Origin: a virus
Taxonomy: Duplodnaviria; Caudoviricetes
Direction: 5' to 3' (one strand)
IMG/VR virus record: IMGVR_UViG_3300008448_000091
Location: 1-57,869 of that record
DNA: 57,869 nt
In this document: piece after piece, positions 28,101-38,900 of the stretch
Numbering within the stretch: the stretch's first letter is position 1
How the letters are laid out: each line of letters starts with the position of its first letter
Position numbers and translations under genes: made by a program
The notes under the pieces: model-generated
Database searches by the model: none
What the model saw: the letters and a program-made list of their open reading frames with translations, nothing else
What the model was told of the DNA's origin: nothing

Positions 28101-29439
28101 AACGCTTACATCTGATAATCGTTACTACGATTCAAGAGATTGCTTTGATTTCAGACCCCTCTCTGCCAACACAAGTGTACGTACAACAACGGTTGGTAGT
28201 GCTACCATCAATCCTGCAAACACTCAAACTATAAGCGCTAGTGAAAAGTACTTCCCTGTACCAGACTCTGCCATTACGTTTGATATGGAATACTATCAGC
28301 CGCGTATTGATAGAGTATCGGTTGATAAAAATACTGAGGTTTACGTATCCGGCGGTACACCAAACGTAAACAAAACACAGGCACCACCGCCGCTTGATGA
28401 TGCAATTACTGTGAATAGATTATATCTACCACAATATCCAACACTAGCGACCTCTATATCCAATACAACATATCAAGTACTTGACAAAAAGATTGGTAAT
28501 GAATCAAACATTATTAGTGGAAACCAATCCCGTTATACAGCAGTTAATATTCAAAATGCATCTGATACACGTAGCGCCGCTAAACGTTACTCGATGTCAG
28601 ACATCAACAAACTAGAGCGTAGAATTAACGAGCTTGAGGAATCGGTATCTTTATCTTTACTTGAGAGGTCAATTGCAGAACTTACAATACCAAGTTCCAC
28701 TAACCCAGCAAAAGAAAGATTTAAAAACGCATTCCTTGTTGATAGCTTCTTTAATCATTATGTTGCTGATACTACTAATCCCGAAGGATCCTTCTATATT
28801 GACGAACAACAAGGTGCATTATTTCCTCTGACTTTCAATTATAATGTTGAGAGTGTGTTGGATCGTTCAGATGCCACAACAAGTGGTGCCATAGTTGGCG
28901 CGCGCACGTTAATGTTACCTTTTACTGAGTATACAATTGTTAGTCAGCTGAGTGCTTCTGTAACACCACCACCTGTTCAAACATACTATGTAGAGGATTA
29001 TACACCGCCATCTCCGCCACAGCCCGTATCGGTAGAACCAGAAGCAGCAGTTCGAGACGCTACCGGTACTGTAGTACGTAAAGAAGTATATACGGGCGTT
29101 GTCATGTACGTTATTGAGACGGATACTGGTAACCAAGTTGGATATGTAGATATTGGAACTGCAAAGAATTGGCTTAGTGTTCATCAAGACACTTTAAAAG
29201 CCGATGGTACTAAGGCTGTAAGCATAGATACGTCTGTAAAAGGTAAAGATGTTGGTGGTACAGTTACCTCAACATATGGTGAATTCACAGGCTGGTCGGC
29301 AACCGGTGCTAAGTATGATTCTGTAGTTACTATTAACCAGAAAACTGTTAGTTCTAGTACTCCCGTCGATATAGGACAAACACCAACACAAAAAGCGGCT
29401 AGTGATGCGTGGCTTGCAACACAAGGTAAAAAACCGTAA
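25156..29439 (+). CDS. large baseplate/virion protein, VrlC/DUF4815-like (N-terminal part)
   Basis: PYWDD..FYKVLFKPG.AVQTRELNQLQ, APGADRLK, RRT.ESAGDY, RYSM.DI.KLERRI, RFKNAFLVD. Confidence 0.8.
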   Translation: MSFETNLSAAPYWDDYIEERDFYKVLFKPGVAVQTRELNQLQTILQKQIERFGDHVFKSGTIISGVNFFYNPLFPYIKITDLQEDGQPVALSTYRGLFVKNSANLQAQVLFYINGFEAKAPDLNTLYLSYINAGNTYDISAFSNNDVLDVFSKDSIIFDIDVTNGGTGFANSDVLHVVSAINVNVLTGSFSVGDVIQQSTTGAVVQVTAVANGANSTAKILSIKPRNIDLSNTSGTSTAWTIEVGYNVGNVSTSVSANVISLIGSGAVGSIITDSLGVVQNIVLSNNGTGYTTLPYAAIKPGSVSASVATLDLTPRSYLAKVRVASLANSVGFGYAFGITPGVIYQKGIFSRVDSQFAVVSKYDTTPNNTSVGFKSNESIVTYRSDSSLYDNAANTYNEAAPGADRLKVSPTLSVVNTDIAAANSEFLTLVEFENGEPAKENRNTVYNEIAKEFERRTTESAGDYVVNSFRSFTKEINGNTTHLSVVIDPGIAYISGKRVQLTAPITRAVAKASTTANSTNQTITANYGNYILVQQLGGYFDFKSGTTIDLYDTAKTLLTSLAGMGSITAAGNLIGTARIRSLVFDSGTEGTPNARYRAYLFDIVMSSGKSFRDVRSIFYNGTQKGVADLILEQDGTTSANVAVLYDTERTDIIFPVGAKAVKSVTDISYTYRTSRLDEAFNANGIISFALTGTDKFPYSDGNLSSTLKGDFLVVPTTNAYSANLTSTVLANTSTANLIGSATAFATDFEAGDYIGLWNGATVVPSLISSVVNNTLIILGANATFGNTAANYNQFYPANYPIPIIDRAARTINIHSSSTTAKITIGTLVASVNTNIYYNVKVATATPVTKSVVRDAYVKLYTGNNVTVSASGNNTTGPWSLGLPDVFRLKEVYLGNTTSDTVITKYFYINSYNDGDTIKNAELRLIPGANLALSNTSWLLVKFDTFSSAAEGLVTIDSFNGIINDAGGFSNSSSINLLEVPETLTSDNRYYDSRDCFDFRPLSANTSVRTTTVGSATINPANTQTISASEKYFPVPDSAITFDMEYYQPRIDRVSVDKNTEVYVSGGTPNVNKTQAPPPLDDAITVNRLYLPQYPTLATSISNTTYQVLDKKIGNESNIISGNQSRYTAVNIQNASDTRSAAKRYSMSDINKLERRINELEESVSLSLLERSIAELTIPSSTNPAKERFKNAFLVDSFFNHYVADTTNPEGSFYIDEQQGALFPLTFNYNVESVLDRSDATTSGAIVGARTLMLPFTEYTIVSQLSASVTPPPVQTYYVEDYTPPSPPQPVSVEPEAAVRDATGTVVRKEVYTGVVMYVIETDTGNQVGYVDIGTAKNWLSVHQDTLKADGTKAVSIDTSVKGKDVGGTVTSTYGEFTGWSATGAKYDSVVTINQKTVSSSTPVDIGQTPTQKAASDAWLATQGKKP

Positions 29440-29497
29440 GACTTACTACAATATGAAAAAATTTAAAACTCAATTTTAATTGATAAATAGGAATAAT

Positions 29498-29863
29498 ATG
29501 GCAACAGCTCTCGTGTTTAAAGAAACAGACATTAACCTAGAATTTTTTGGGTTACGTCCGTTATCAACACATTACTTTTATTATAACGGTAATCAGGTCA
29601 CAACAGAAGTTAAGCAAATTGGAAAGAAGCTTGGACAGCCTTTAATTGCGGATGAAAATGGATATCTAAATATAATTTTCTACTTATCATCAGGTATTGC
29701 TTCTACTTCTGCTAAGTCGTTTTCTGAAAAGGTTAGCATACTAGCCGCTGGGCCTCAGGCGTTTGTAGTAACGAACTTAGATGTCGCTACATTACCACTT
29801 AATTTTGAAAATGCTTCATCTTCGTACGCAAAAATGTTAACAACAGTAAGGTCACCACAGTAA
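29498..29863 (+). CDS. virion protein (VrlC-like middle part)
   Basis: AGGA RBS; GLRPLSTHYFYY...LIADENG; GATAAATA upstream. Confidence 0.6.
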   Translation: MATALVFKETDINLEFFGLRPLSTHYFYYNGNQVTTEVKQIGKKLGQPLIADENGYLNIIFYLSSGIASTSAKSFSEKVSILAAGPQAFVVTNLDVATLPLNFENASSSYAKMLTTVRSPQ

Positions 29864-29864
29864 T

Positions 29865-32144
29865 ATGTTTACAGCTGCTCAATCTTTTTATATTGATCCC
29901 AACAGCGTTGAAAAATCACCAGTTGTTTTGTTGACGAGTGTTGATCTTTATTTTAAACAAAAGCCGTCAATATCAACAAATGCAAGCGGTACTGTTAAGC
30001 CTGGTGTCCATATCGCTATTTGTCCTATATTAGATGGTATCCCAAGGGTGGATCAACATTATCCAAGCTCAATAACACGTATTGAATATGATAATATTAA
30101 TACATCTAGTACTGCGGCTTCGCTGACGTCTATATCGTTTGCTGCCCCACTACAGTTACAAACAGATAAAGAGTATGCAATACTTATTGGTGCTGATGGA
30201 GAAGACCCTGGTTTTATATTATGGAAAAATAGCACTGGTGAGGTGGATGTCATATCTGGAGCAACGGCAAAAGTCTCTTCTGGAAAAGTGGATGGTAATT
30301 ACTTTGATATTACAAACGGTACGAATATTACACCACAGCATGGTGTAGATCTTAAGTTTACTGTGAAGGTCGCTAAATTCTCCGGCGCATTGAGTGCTAC
30401 ATTTAAAGCTACTAATCAAGCATATGAGTTTATTAAACTAGCAACAAGTACAACTAGCGGTACGTTTATTGGTGGTGAATATGTGTACCAAGCTCAAGCA
30501 AATCTTGTTGGTACTGTGACCGTTGTATCCGGATCCTCTAATGTGGGTGGAACAACAACAGATTTTGTTACAGATATTGCTAATAATGATCTCATCGTTG
30601 TCGCTAACTCCACTGTTACTCAAGTTAGAAAAGTAAACGTTGTTGGTAACTCTACTTTCTTAAATGTTACGTCTTCGTTTGCTACATCCATGACCGGTGT
30701 TAATATTAGGTCGTTTGAGTCAGGTACACTGACTGTAGACACAACCAGTAACACAATTGTGGGTACTAATACATCCTTTGTATCAACTTCCGCTCTCGCA
30801 GCAGGTCAGTATATTATTATTACTGATGGTACAGATGGAAACACTGAAGTTCGGAAGATCGTAAGTGTTGCTAACAACACAAGTCTTGTGTTGGATGTGA
30901 GACCATCTTTCTCCAACACACAAGCTGCATGGTTTGTATCTCCAACTGGCAAAGTCAATAATTATAAATCTCATGCTGATGGCTTAATTTTATATAACTC
31001 ATCAGCTAACAGCACTGCTTACTTCAGTGCTGGTAAGATCGTAAAAGGTGTTGATTCGTTAGCAACGTCAACAATTTCTGAAATTCAGAATATTCCTCTT
31101 TCTCGCTTTGAATCAAGATATTCCACAGCGCAGCCAACTGGGTCAAAGCTTAAATTGTATGCAAATTTTGCTAACTCAACATATGCAACAAGCGCAGCTA
31201 ACAAAAGAGAAATTACTAACGCTGGTGGTGGCACAGTTATTGATTACCCAGGTATCATTGCATCGAGATCGAATGAAGTATTAAACTCTACCAATTTGTT
31301 TGCAAATGCTCATAGTATGTCTGTTGAACTGGTTGCAACAACAGAGAATGCTTTCACTTCACCTGTTATTAACGAGTCTCTACTTGACTTTGATATACAG
31401 CAATTCATTATTAATAATGATTCAACAAATGAAGCTTATGCTAACGGTGCAGCTGATTCGAAGTATATTTCAAAACCGGTTGTTCTTGGGGTCGATCAAA
31501 TTGCTGAAGATTTAATTGTATATGTTGAAGCATATCGTCCTTCTGGTACAGATGTTGAAGTGTATACAAAGCTACTGAGTGAAGAAGATAATGAAGCATT
31601 CAGTAAAAAGAATTGGACGAAAATGAAGGAAGTAATCCTAGCAGGATCTTCATCTTATAGTTTAAATGCTGTTGACTCCGACACTGTTATTATCAAGTAT
31701 GTGCTACCTCCTTACCAACCAACTACAACACCTGTGACTACTGGGACGTTCAGTGTGCAATCTGCAAATGCAATTGTGACAGCATCTCATTCAACAGTTA
31801 ATACAGACATTGTAGCTGGTGACCTTGTGTTGATTAAGAAGCCAACAGTACCAGATACATACCTTGTAGACTTGGTTGTTGCATCTAATACTACAACTTT
31901 TACTCTATCCCAAACTACTGCAAATGCAGACATTATTGGATCGGGTTTGAAAGTTGAAGTAATTGATCCAACTAATTCTGCATTCTTAAATAATCAAAAC
32001 TATAATATTGTAAGATACTTCAATACTACGAATGGTAAGTATGATGGGTTCAAGCAGTTTGCAATTAAGATCGTTATGAAGTCAGCAGATTATCATAATG
32101 CCCCAAGAATCGAAAGTTATAGAGCAATTGCGGTATCAGCATAA
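29865..32144 (+). CDS. virion protein (VrlC-like C-terminal part)
   Basis: AQSFYI..LTSVDLYFKQK, SKYISKPVVL, FKQFAIKIVM, PRIESYRAIA. Confidence 0.7.
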   Translation: MFTAAQSFYIDPNSVEKSPVVLLTSVDLYFKQKPSISTNASGTVKPGVHIAICPILDGIPRVDQHYPSSITRIEYDNINTSSTAASLTSISFAAPLQLQTDKEYAILIGADGEDPGFILWKNSTGEVDVISGATAKVSSGKVDGNYFDITNGTNITPQHGVDLKFTVKVAKFSGALSATFKATNQAYEFIKLATSTTSGTFIGGEYVYQAQANLVGTVTVVSGSSNVGGTTTDFVTDIANNDLIVVANSTVTQVRKVNVVGNSTFLNVTSSFATSMTGVNIRSFESGTLTVDTTSNTIVGTNTSFVSTSALAAGQYIIITDGTDGNTEVRKIVSVANNTSLVLDVRPSFSNTQAAWFVSPTGKVNNYKSHADGLILYNSSANSTAYFSAGKIVKGVDSLATSTISEIQNIPLSRFESRYSTAQPTGSKLKLYANFANSTYATSAANKREITNAGGGTVIDYPGIIASRSNEVLNSTNLFANAHSMSVELVATTENAFTSPVINESLLDFDIQQFIINNDSTNEAYANGAADSKYISKPVVLGVDQIAEDLIVYVEAYRPSGTDVEVYTKLLSEEDNEAFSKKNWTKMKEVILAGSSSYSLNAVDSDTVIIKYVLPPYQPTTTPVTTGTFSVQSANAIVTASHSTVNTDIVAGDLVLIKKPTVPDTYLVDLVVASNTTTFTLSQTTANADIIGSGLKVEVIDPTNSAFLNNQNYNIVRYFNTTNGKYDGFKQFAIKIVMKSADYHNAPRIESYRAIAVSA

Positions 32145-32350
32145 TGAATTTTAACAAGCTACAGAGAGATAACTATTCAGAGGCTTTAATTAATACCGAT
32201 AATGATGCTTATCAAAAGCACATACATGATATTAATCAAACTCGAAACGTTCAAAGAGCTTTGAATGAGGTGCGTAGTGTTAAGAACGATGTGGATCAGA
32301 TAAAAGAAATGTTAACTACTTTAATGAACGGGTTAAACAAGAATGGCTAA
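32144..32350 (+). CDS. small coiled-coil hypothetical protein
   Basis: RD..SEALINTD...IKEML; overlaps the flanking genes. Confidence 0.7.
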   Translation: MNFNKLQRDNYSEALINTDNDAYQKHIHDINQTRNVQRALNEVRSVKNDVDQIKEMLTTLMNGLNKNG

Positions 32351-34202
32351 GAGTATAGCTAACGTCGTAATCGCAACTGATACATTTTCCGGATGGATCA
32401 CGAGAACAAATGAGATTGCCACAACAATCACAAATGAAACGGTTACGGTAGCGTCAAACACAACGGGTGCAACGGTAACCGGTAATGCCTCCATTACGGG
32501 TTTCTTCTCTGCTAATACAATTGCTGTTACAACTGCGTTGCGTGGTGGTACTATTGATACCGCTGCAAATCTTAATGTAACATCCAACCTAATTGTAACA
32601 GGTGCAACAGTTAACATTTCAAGTAATGTTAATATTGTTTCGAGCACCTTTAACGCTAATGCGGTTATTACTGTTAGTGGTAATACAACTGTAACTGCTA
32701 ACCTAATTAGTCTTAAATCTAATTCCTCTGTAACAGCATTATCCATCACCGGCAACGGTACTGTAACCAATACTACGATAACGGGCAACAGTTTTTCCGT
32801 AGTTGGCCTAACAAATTTTAGTAATACAATTAACGTTGTGTCGAACGCTACGGTTAATGGCGCGTTCGTCGTTAACAATACAGCTGCTGTTGGTAACACT
32901 ACAATAACAGGAACAGCAAACGTTACATCATCTATTAATGTTGTTGGTGCAGCTACTGTAAATGGCGCTCTGACGGTTAACAACACAGCATCTGTAGGCA
33001 ACACAACGATCACGGGATTTGCTAATGTAAGCTCTTCTGTAAATGTTGTTGGTGCAGCTACCGTTAATGGTGCGTTTGTTGTCAATAATACAGCAGCAAC
33101 TGGTAACACAACAGTAACTGGATTCCTCAATGTGTCTTCTTATGGTACATTTGGTGGTACGGTCAATGCAACAGCAATTAATGTTGGGGCAAATGTTAAC
33201 ATTACCACATCAAGTTTGAATGTAGGTAATTCAACTGTAAATACGGTTATTACACCCACTGCTGTCAGTACGACTGGTACATTATCAGTTGTAGGCGCAG
33301 CTTCTGTTACAAACACTTTAGCTTCTGGTAATACAACTGTAACAGGATTCATTAACGCAAGTTCATATGGCACATTTGCTGGAACTGTTAATGCAACAGC
33401 TTTGAACATTGGTGCTAACGTTGTAGTAACTTCATCATCAATTTCTGTTGGCAATACCACTGTTAACACAGTTATTACTCAATCAAGTATTGATACGGAT
33501 GGAACACTAGCCGTACTCGGTTCGGCAACTCTTTCTAATACAGCGTCGGTAGCAGGTACTTTGGGTGCTGGTAATACAACGATTACTGGTTTTGCTAACG
33601 TTACTTCAACGTTGCAAGTAGGTGGTCAATCGACGTTAGGTGCAAACGTTAATATTACAGGATCTGCTAACGTAAGCACAGGTATCAATGTTGGTGCCAA
33701 TGTCAACCTCACAACTTCTTCAATAACAACTGGCAATAGCACAGTTAATACAGTAATTAGTTCATCGGGTATTGATACGGACGGTACACTAGCTGTCCTT
33801 GGCGCTACGACGTTATCAAACACTGCCACTGTGGGTGGTACACTGACGTTGATGTCAGATGTTGTACTGACAGTTGTCTCAAATACAAACATTGGTAATG
33901 CAAACACGACAGGTGATTTTAATGCAGTTGAGATTTACAATTTCCCAATTGTAACCTACAAAGGTGCAAAGATAACTTCACGTGCAACTACTCTTGCAGG
34001 TACAAACACGCAAATTCAGGAGATTATTGTTGCTCACGATGGGACAGATGCTATTATGACTGTTTACGGTACGGTGTCATCGCCTGCTAGTGCTAATCTT
34101 GGAGTGTTTTCGTCTACGATAAATACAACACACGTTGCTATTTTGTTTGATCAAACAAGCGCAAATACCAACATGAAAATGTTCGTACAACTAATAAAAT
34201 AA
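32343..34202 (+). CDS. tail fibre/appendage protein with beta-repeats
   Basis: N-terminal TDTF..W..RTN, 35-aa and ~80-aa internal repeats, T/N/V/G/A-rich. Confidence 0.75.
   Translation: MAKSIANVVIATDTFSGWITRTNEIATTITNETVTVASNTTGATVTGNASITGFFSANTIAVTTALRGGTIDTAANLNVTSNLIVTGATVNISSNVNIVSSTFNANAVITVSGNTTVTANLISLKSNSSVTALSITGNGTVTNTTITGNSFSVVGLTNFSNTINVVSNATVNGAFVVNNTAAVGNTTITGTANVTSSINVVGAATVNGALTVNNTASVGNTTITGFANVSSSVNVVGAATVNGAFVVNNTAATGNTTVTGFLNVSSYGTFGGTVNATAINVGANVNITTSSLNVGNSTVNTVITPTAVSTTGTLSVVGAASVTNTLASGNTTVTGFINASSYGTFAGTVNATALNIGANVVVTSSSISVGNTTVNTVITQSSIDTDGTLAVLGSATLSNTASVAGTLGAGNTTITGFANVTSTLQVGGQSTLGANVNITGSANVSTGINVGANVNLTTSSITTGNSTVNTVISSSGIDTDGTLAVLGATTLSNTATVGGTLTLMSDVVLTVVSNTNIGNANTTGDFNAVEIYNFPIVTYKGAKITSRATTLAGTNTQIQEIIVAHDGTDAIMTVYGTVSSPASANLGVFSSTINTTHVAILFDQTSANTNMKMFVQLIK
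32853..33592 (+). repeat. coding tandem repeats (105-bp units, then 225-243-bp units)
   Basis: VNGAFVVNNTAAVGNTTITG x3; GNTTVTGF..SSYGTF.GTVNATA modules starting 33102, 33327 and (partial) 33570. Confidence 0.85.
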
Positions 34203-34213
34203 CAAGGTAAGCA

Positions 34214-35911
34214 ATGGCTGCGAGTAATACAAAATTCAGAGTTGAGAATGGATTGGACGTTATTGGGCAAGCCAACGTCAGTGGTAGTCTGCGTGTTCAG
34301 GGCGACTTAATAGTTAATGGTTCTGTAACACAAACAGGAACGTCCACTGGTGACTTTATTCCTAATCAAAACGATACGTATCAATTAGGCAATACATCCT
34401 ACCGTTGGATTCTCAATGCATCTAATGGCAATTTTTCAAGCACACTAACATCTAATAATATTTCAGCTTCTGGTACTCTTGCTGCTGGTAATACAACAGT
34501 TACTGGATTTTTAAGTATTAGTTCGTATGGAACTTTTGGTGGAACAGTTAATGCTACTGCTTTGAATATTGGTGCTAATGTTGTTGTAACTACATCATCT
34601 ATCACTACTGGTAACTCTACAGTTAATACTGTGATCAGTTCATCTGGTGTTAATACAGATGGCACGCTAGCTGTTCTTGGTGCCGCAACACTCTCTAATA
34701 CAGCATCGATAGCAGGTACGCTAGGTGCTGGTAATACCACTGTAACAGGATTTGTAAATGCAAGTTCTTATGGTACGTTTGCTGGAACAGTTAATGCTAC
34801 TGCCTTGAATATTGGTGCCAACGTTGTCGTAACTACATCATCAATTACTACTGGTAACAGCACTGTCAACACCGTGGTTAGCTCATCGGGTATTGATACA
34901 GATGGAACTTTGGCAGTTCTCAGTACTGCAACTTTATCAAACACAGTTACTATTACAGGTAATACAACAGCCAATGTATTTGTACCATATACAAATAGTG
35001 TATCGCTTGGTAGCTCTACAAGACTTTGGAACCTAAGTGCAAACACAGCTGATATTGTTACTGCAACAATTACATCGTTAACTGTTACTGGTAATTCGAC
35101 TGTTGTTAATGTTTATTCATCGGGCAGTATTGCACCACAATCGACATCAACATTTAATGCGTTAACAGGTGTTGCTAATACAACGGAATATATTACGACC
35201 TCAAGTGCACATGCATTTGTTAACGGAGATGTTGTTACGTATCTGGTGGCGACTGGTAATACAGCAGTTAGCGGTCTATCAAACAATACAACATATTATG
35301 TTGTCGGTGCTAACAGTACTGCTTTGCAATTGGCTTCATCATTGGGTGGAGCAGCTCTTAATTTGACAGCTGGTGTTAGTCAAACCGGTCATAGTTTAAC
35401 ATCACAAGTAATTCTCTCACATAATAGAATAACAGCTACCGGAGCAACCGCCAACGTTGGTGTGTTGAATGTCATTGGTGGCATTGCTAATTCAAATGTT
35501 AACGGCAATGTTGTATTTGATACCGATCTGTTGTTTTTAGATGCAACTAATAATAGAATAGGCTTTAAGAATACATCTCCTTCATCGGCAGACTTAATTA
35601 CTATAACTGGTAACACGGTATTGTCGACGATCGGTAATGCTATTAGGTTCCTAACATCTAACGCCTCTCATAATGCGGCTGTGTATATTACAGGTACTAC
35701 AACAAACACTAGATTGGTGTTGTCTACATATGACAACTCTACAAATAGTACTTCACAGGATGGTGGTTTCTTGTTTAATTCAGTCAACGCGACTTCAACA
35801 ACAGCACTCCTTTCAGCAACGAAAGGTAGTTTCCAATATAAATCTGGTAACGTAGCGCATTCCGGAAACTTCGGTGTGTATGATATTAACGGAACTCGTG
35901 TAGGACCATGA
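34214..35911 (+). CDS. tail fibre/appendage protein
   Basis: FRVENGL start, two 81-aa modules shared with the upstream gene, LGNTSYRW-type motifs. Confidence 0.75.
   Translation: MAASNTKFRVENGLDVIGQANVSGSLRVQGDLIVNGSVTQTGTSTGDFIPNQNDTYQLGNTSYRWILNASNGNFSSTLTSNNISASGTLAAGNTTVTGFLSISSYGTFGGTVNATALNIGANVVVTTSSITTGNSTVNTVISSSGVNTDGTLAVLGAATLSNTASIAGTLGAGNTTVTGFVNASSYGTFAGTVNATALNIGANVVVTTSSITTGNSTVNTVVSSSGIDTDGTLAVLSTATLSNTVTITGNTTANVFVPYTNSVSLGSSTRLWNLSANTADIVTATITSLTVTGNSTVVNVYSSGSIAPQSTSTFNALTGVANTTEYITTSSAHAFVNGDVVTYLVATGNTAVSGLSNNTTYYVVGANSTALQLASSLGGAALNLTAGVSQTGHSLTSQVILSHNRITATGATANVGVLNVIGGIANSNVNGNVVFDTDLLFLDATNNRIGFKNTSPSSADLITITGNTVLSTIGNAIRFLTSNASHNAAVYITGTTTNTRLVLSTYDNSTNSTSQDGGFLFNSVNATSTTALLSATKGSFQYKSGNVAHSGNFGVYDINGTRVGP
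34487..34970 (+). repeat. 243-bp coding tandem repeat
   Basis: Units start at 34487 and 34730; homologous to 33327-33569. Confidence 0.85.
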
Positions 35912-35912
35912 A

Positions 35913-38900
35913 ATGGCTGGAAGACCACTCAAAGCGCTATATGAAAACAGATCAATCACATTTGACCCACAGACAAGCGTTTCAACAACAACAATAACGG
36001 TTACAAATAACAACCTTTCGGTTGATGATATTGTTGTATATAAAGTTCCCACTGGCGGGACATCAATTACAAATCTTGTAAACGGTGGCGTTTACTATGT
36101 TGTTGCTAAACCGACAGCAGGTTCGTTTAGCATCTCTTCTACAAAAAGCGGAACAGCAATTAACATGGGAACGTTTGGTTCCGCTGGCCAGACACATACT
36201 TTCACTACTGGTTTTAGTGGTGTTAAGGAAATGACGGATAATGAGATCTTAGGATGGTTTACTCCAACAGTTCTTAGTATGTTGCTTGGTGATGTTGGTG
36301 CATTGTATGGTGTAGTTGGTGATCATGCTTTTTATCTTAACATGGCACTGGGATCCGCATCTCCTATCACAAACGAAACAATTCGTACATACTGGTATGA
36401 AAAACATAGAAGCAGTACAGTAGGTACACATCCATATGGTTCTGATGATGATAGGTTATACAAACTTATTCAAAAAGAAGCTAATTATGGTGCTGGTGTT
36501 GCTCTTACCACAAACACAAGATATTATAAACCTGTAACTTATAGTTACGATAGTGGAACAGGGACGACGCAGATTACAGCAATGACAAGTCAGCAGTTGT
36601 ATGATTCGCTGATTCGTGTTACTGTTAATTCTGTGATTACTGGTGGTCGTAGTTCGTACTTTGTTGGTCAATCAGCACCAGGCACTGGTACGTGGGTAGA
36701 GGTTACTTCTTTCGATGACAGGTATTGGGCAAGTGGCGGCGCGCTCACTACCACGACTTTTAAACTGTGGAGAAGAACGGATAGTAATATTGCCGTTACC
36801 AATGTTCGTCCTCTTGTTACGGGAGTAACAGCTGTATCAACGAATCCCGGCGATTTGTTTGAAATGACAGAAAGCCTGATTACAGGTGATGAGTATAGTG
36901 GTCTTGGTTACCATTATTTGGTTAGTGAATATATTCGTACAACTGGCATTGGCAAGTATCAGTTCTCAATAACAACACCAACTGATCCAGGTACGTGGCT
37001 AGCACGTGGTCAGTTTGTCGATAATGTTAATGATGTCACTGATCAGTCATATGGTCAAGCGTTTACGACTAATTATACTACTGTTTATACGACGCAGTAT
37101 GCGTCCGCGTATACAATTGCACCTGTGTACAATATAGTCTACACTGGTGGTGAGCCTTCTTATGCGACTGTATATACATTGGTATATGGAAATCCATTCA
37201 CTAAAACATACTCCGGTGTTGCTCTTTACACGGGAGCTGAGTCAGGTGTCGTATACTCTCAATCTGTATATGCTGGATATACTGCTGCCTCAGTAGGTTT
37301 GTTCACCGCCACTGGCTCATATACTAGATTCGGTGTTGTATATGGTGCAGGTCAGTATACCAACTTTTTCACTGCTGGTGTACAATATACGGTTTTGGTA
37401 AACCAGGCATATGGTGGGCTTATTTGGAGTCTGGGACCAGGTGGTGAGGGAGACCCAAACTATCAGGCTTATTACACGGGCCCCGCATATAACATATTTT
37501 TTGGGGCTGGAGCAGTATATACAAGTATATACATCAGTCCCTTCACAGGTGGTCTTGTTGCTTACACCGGAGTAGGTCAAGGTGGTGGTCCAGCTATAGG
37601 ATATGCTCAAGCTGCAGTGTGGGTTGGTAATGTAGTAATTGGTAATGGGGTGTATACAAACGAAGATCCTTTGAATAATACGAGCTATTCACGATATGGT
37701 ATGGGATCATATGCAGACTTTATATTTGGTTATAACCAAATTGGTTACACAGGTGTAAGCGGTAGTTTTATACCGCCAGGTGATACCTCTGGAACCGCAT
37801 ACTACACTAGACGGAGTTCTTATACATCCGCAACAAACGGGATAACGTCAGCATTTACCTCGACAGCAATATATACAGGCGCATATACTCGTACCTATAC
37901 TCCTAATATTGCCATTTCCAATTACGGTGGCCAGCCTGACATTATTAATATGTTTACGAGAGTGTGGTCGAACGCGTTGCAGACATATACAGGTAATGTA
38001 TTCTCAGCTTCATTCTTAGGACCCGTGACGTATGGTGCTGGTGCTTACACGGCAATTGCACTTAATAATTCTTCATCATGGACGGGTAGCCCAACAACAT
38101 TCCTTGCTGCTGTGTATGCAGGATATACTCTTTTAGATACAAGAACATTCGCCTCGTTAAATTATTATACTAACCGGTTTACCGGCTTTTATGGAGGACC
38201 ATCATATACAGGGGTTGATGCGGTATCGTATAATATAATTGGAAATAGACAATCGTTTACAGGGGGAATTTTTGGTGGTTATACAGCTAATGCTATATTG
38301 AATGGATCAGGTATATTTTTCGCTGGTGTTTATGGTGGATATACGAGGACAAGTTTTCCGTTTACCGGATCGTATACCGGTACAGGCGCAGCGTTTTATG
38401 GCTACCCAGTATATTATACTTTAACAGGTCCAAACGCGTATGTTGGAACATACAACTCCAATGTATACACAAGTATATTCTTTACAAGAGTATTTGGATA
38501 TACCAGAGTATTTACAGACATTGATGGCGCGTCCTATAGTAAGGTATACACCGGGAATGAAGGGATTATTGCTGCTATATCATTAGATGCACATGGTGCC
38601 ACAGCCTACGCACAAACTTATGCAGACAGTCCTGGTAGTTTTGTGCGTTCATCGTGGACTAGTGGAGCAGTATACACAGTATCATATGGAGAGATACGAA
38701 CTGTTCAATATGCTGCAGCGCCACTGTATACAGCAAGTTACGGTGGTATTGTTAATGGTCCTGTCACGACAGCATTTTACACAACAAACGTACTGAGATA
38801 TACAAACGACTCATACATATATTTTGCTAATCCAGCATCACCTTCATATAGTACATTACTAGTGTATGGCCGTTACGCATATACGCTAAGCGATGGTACG

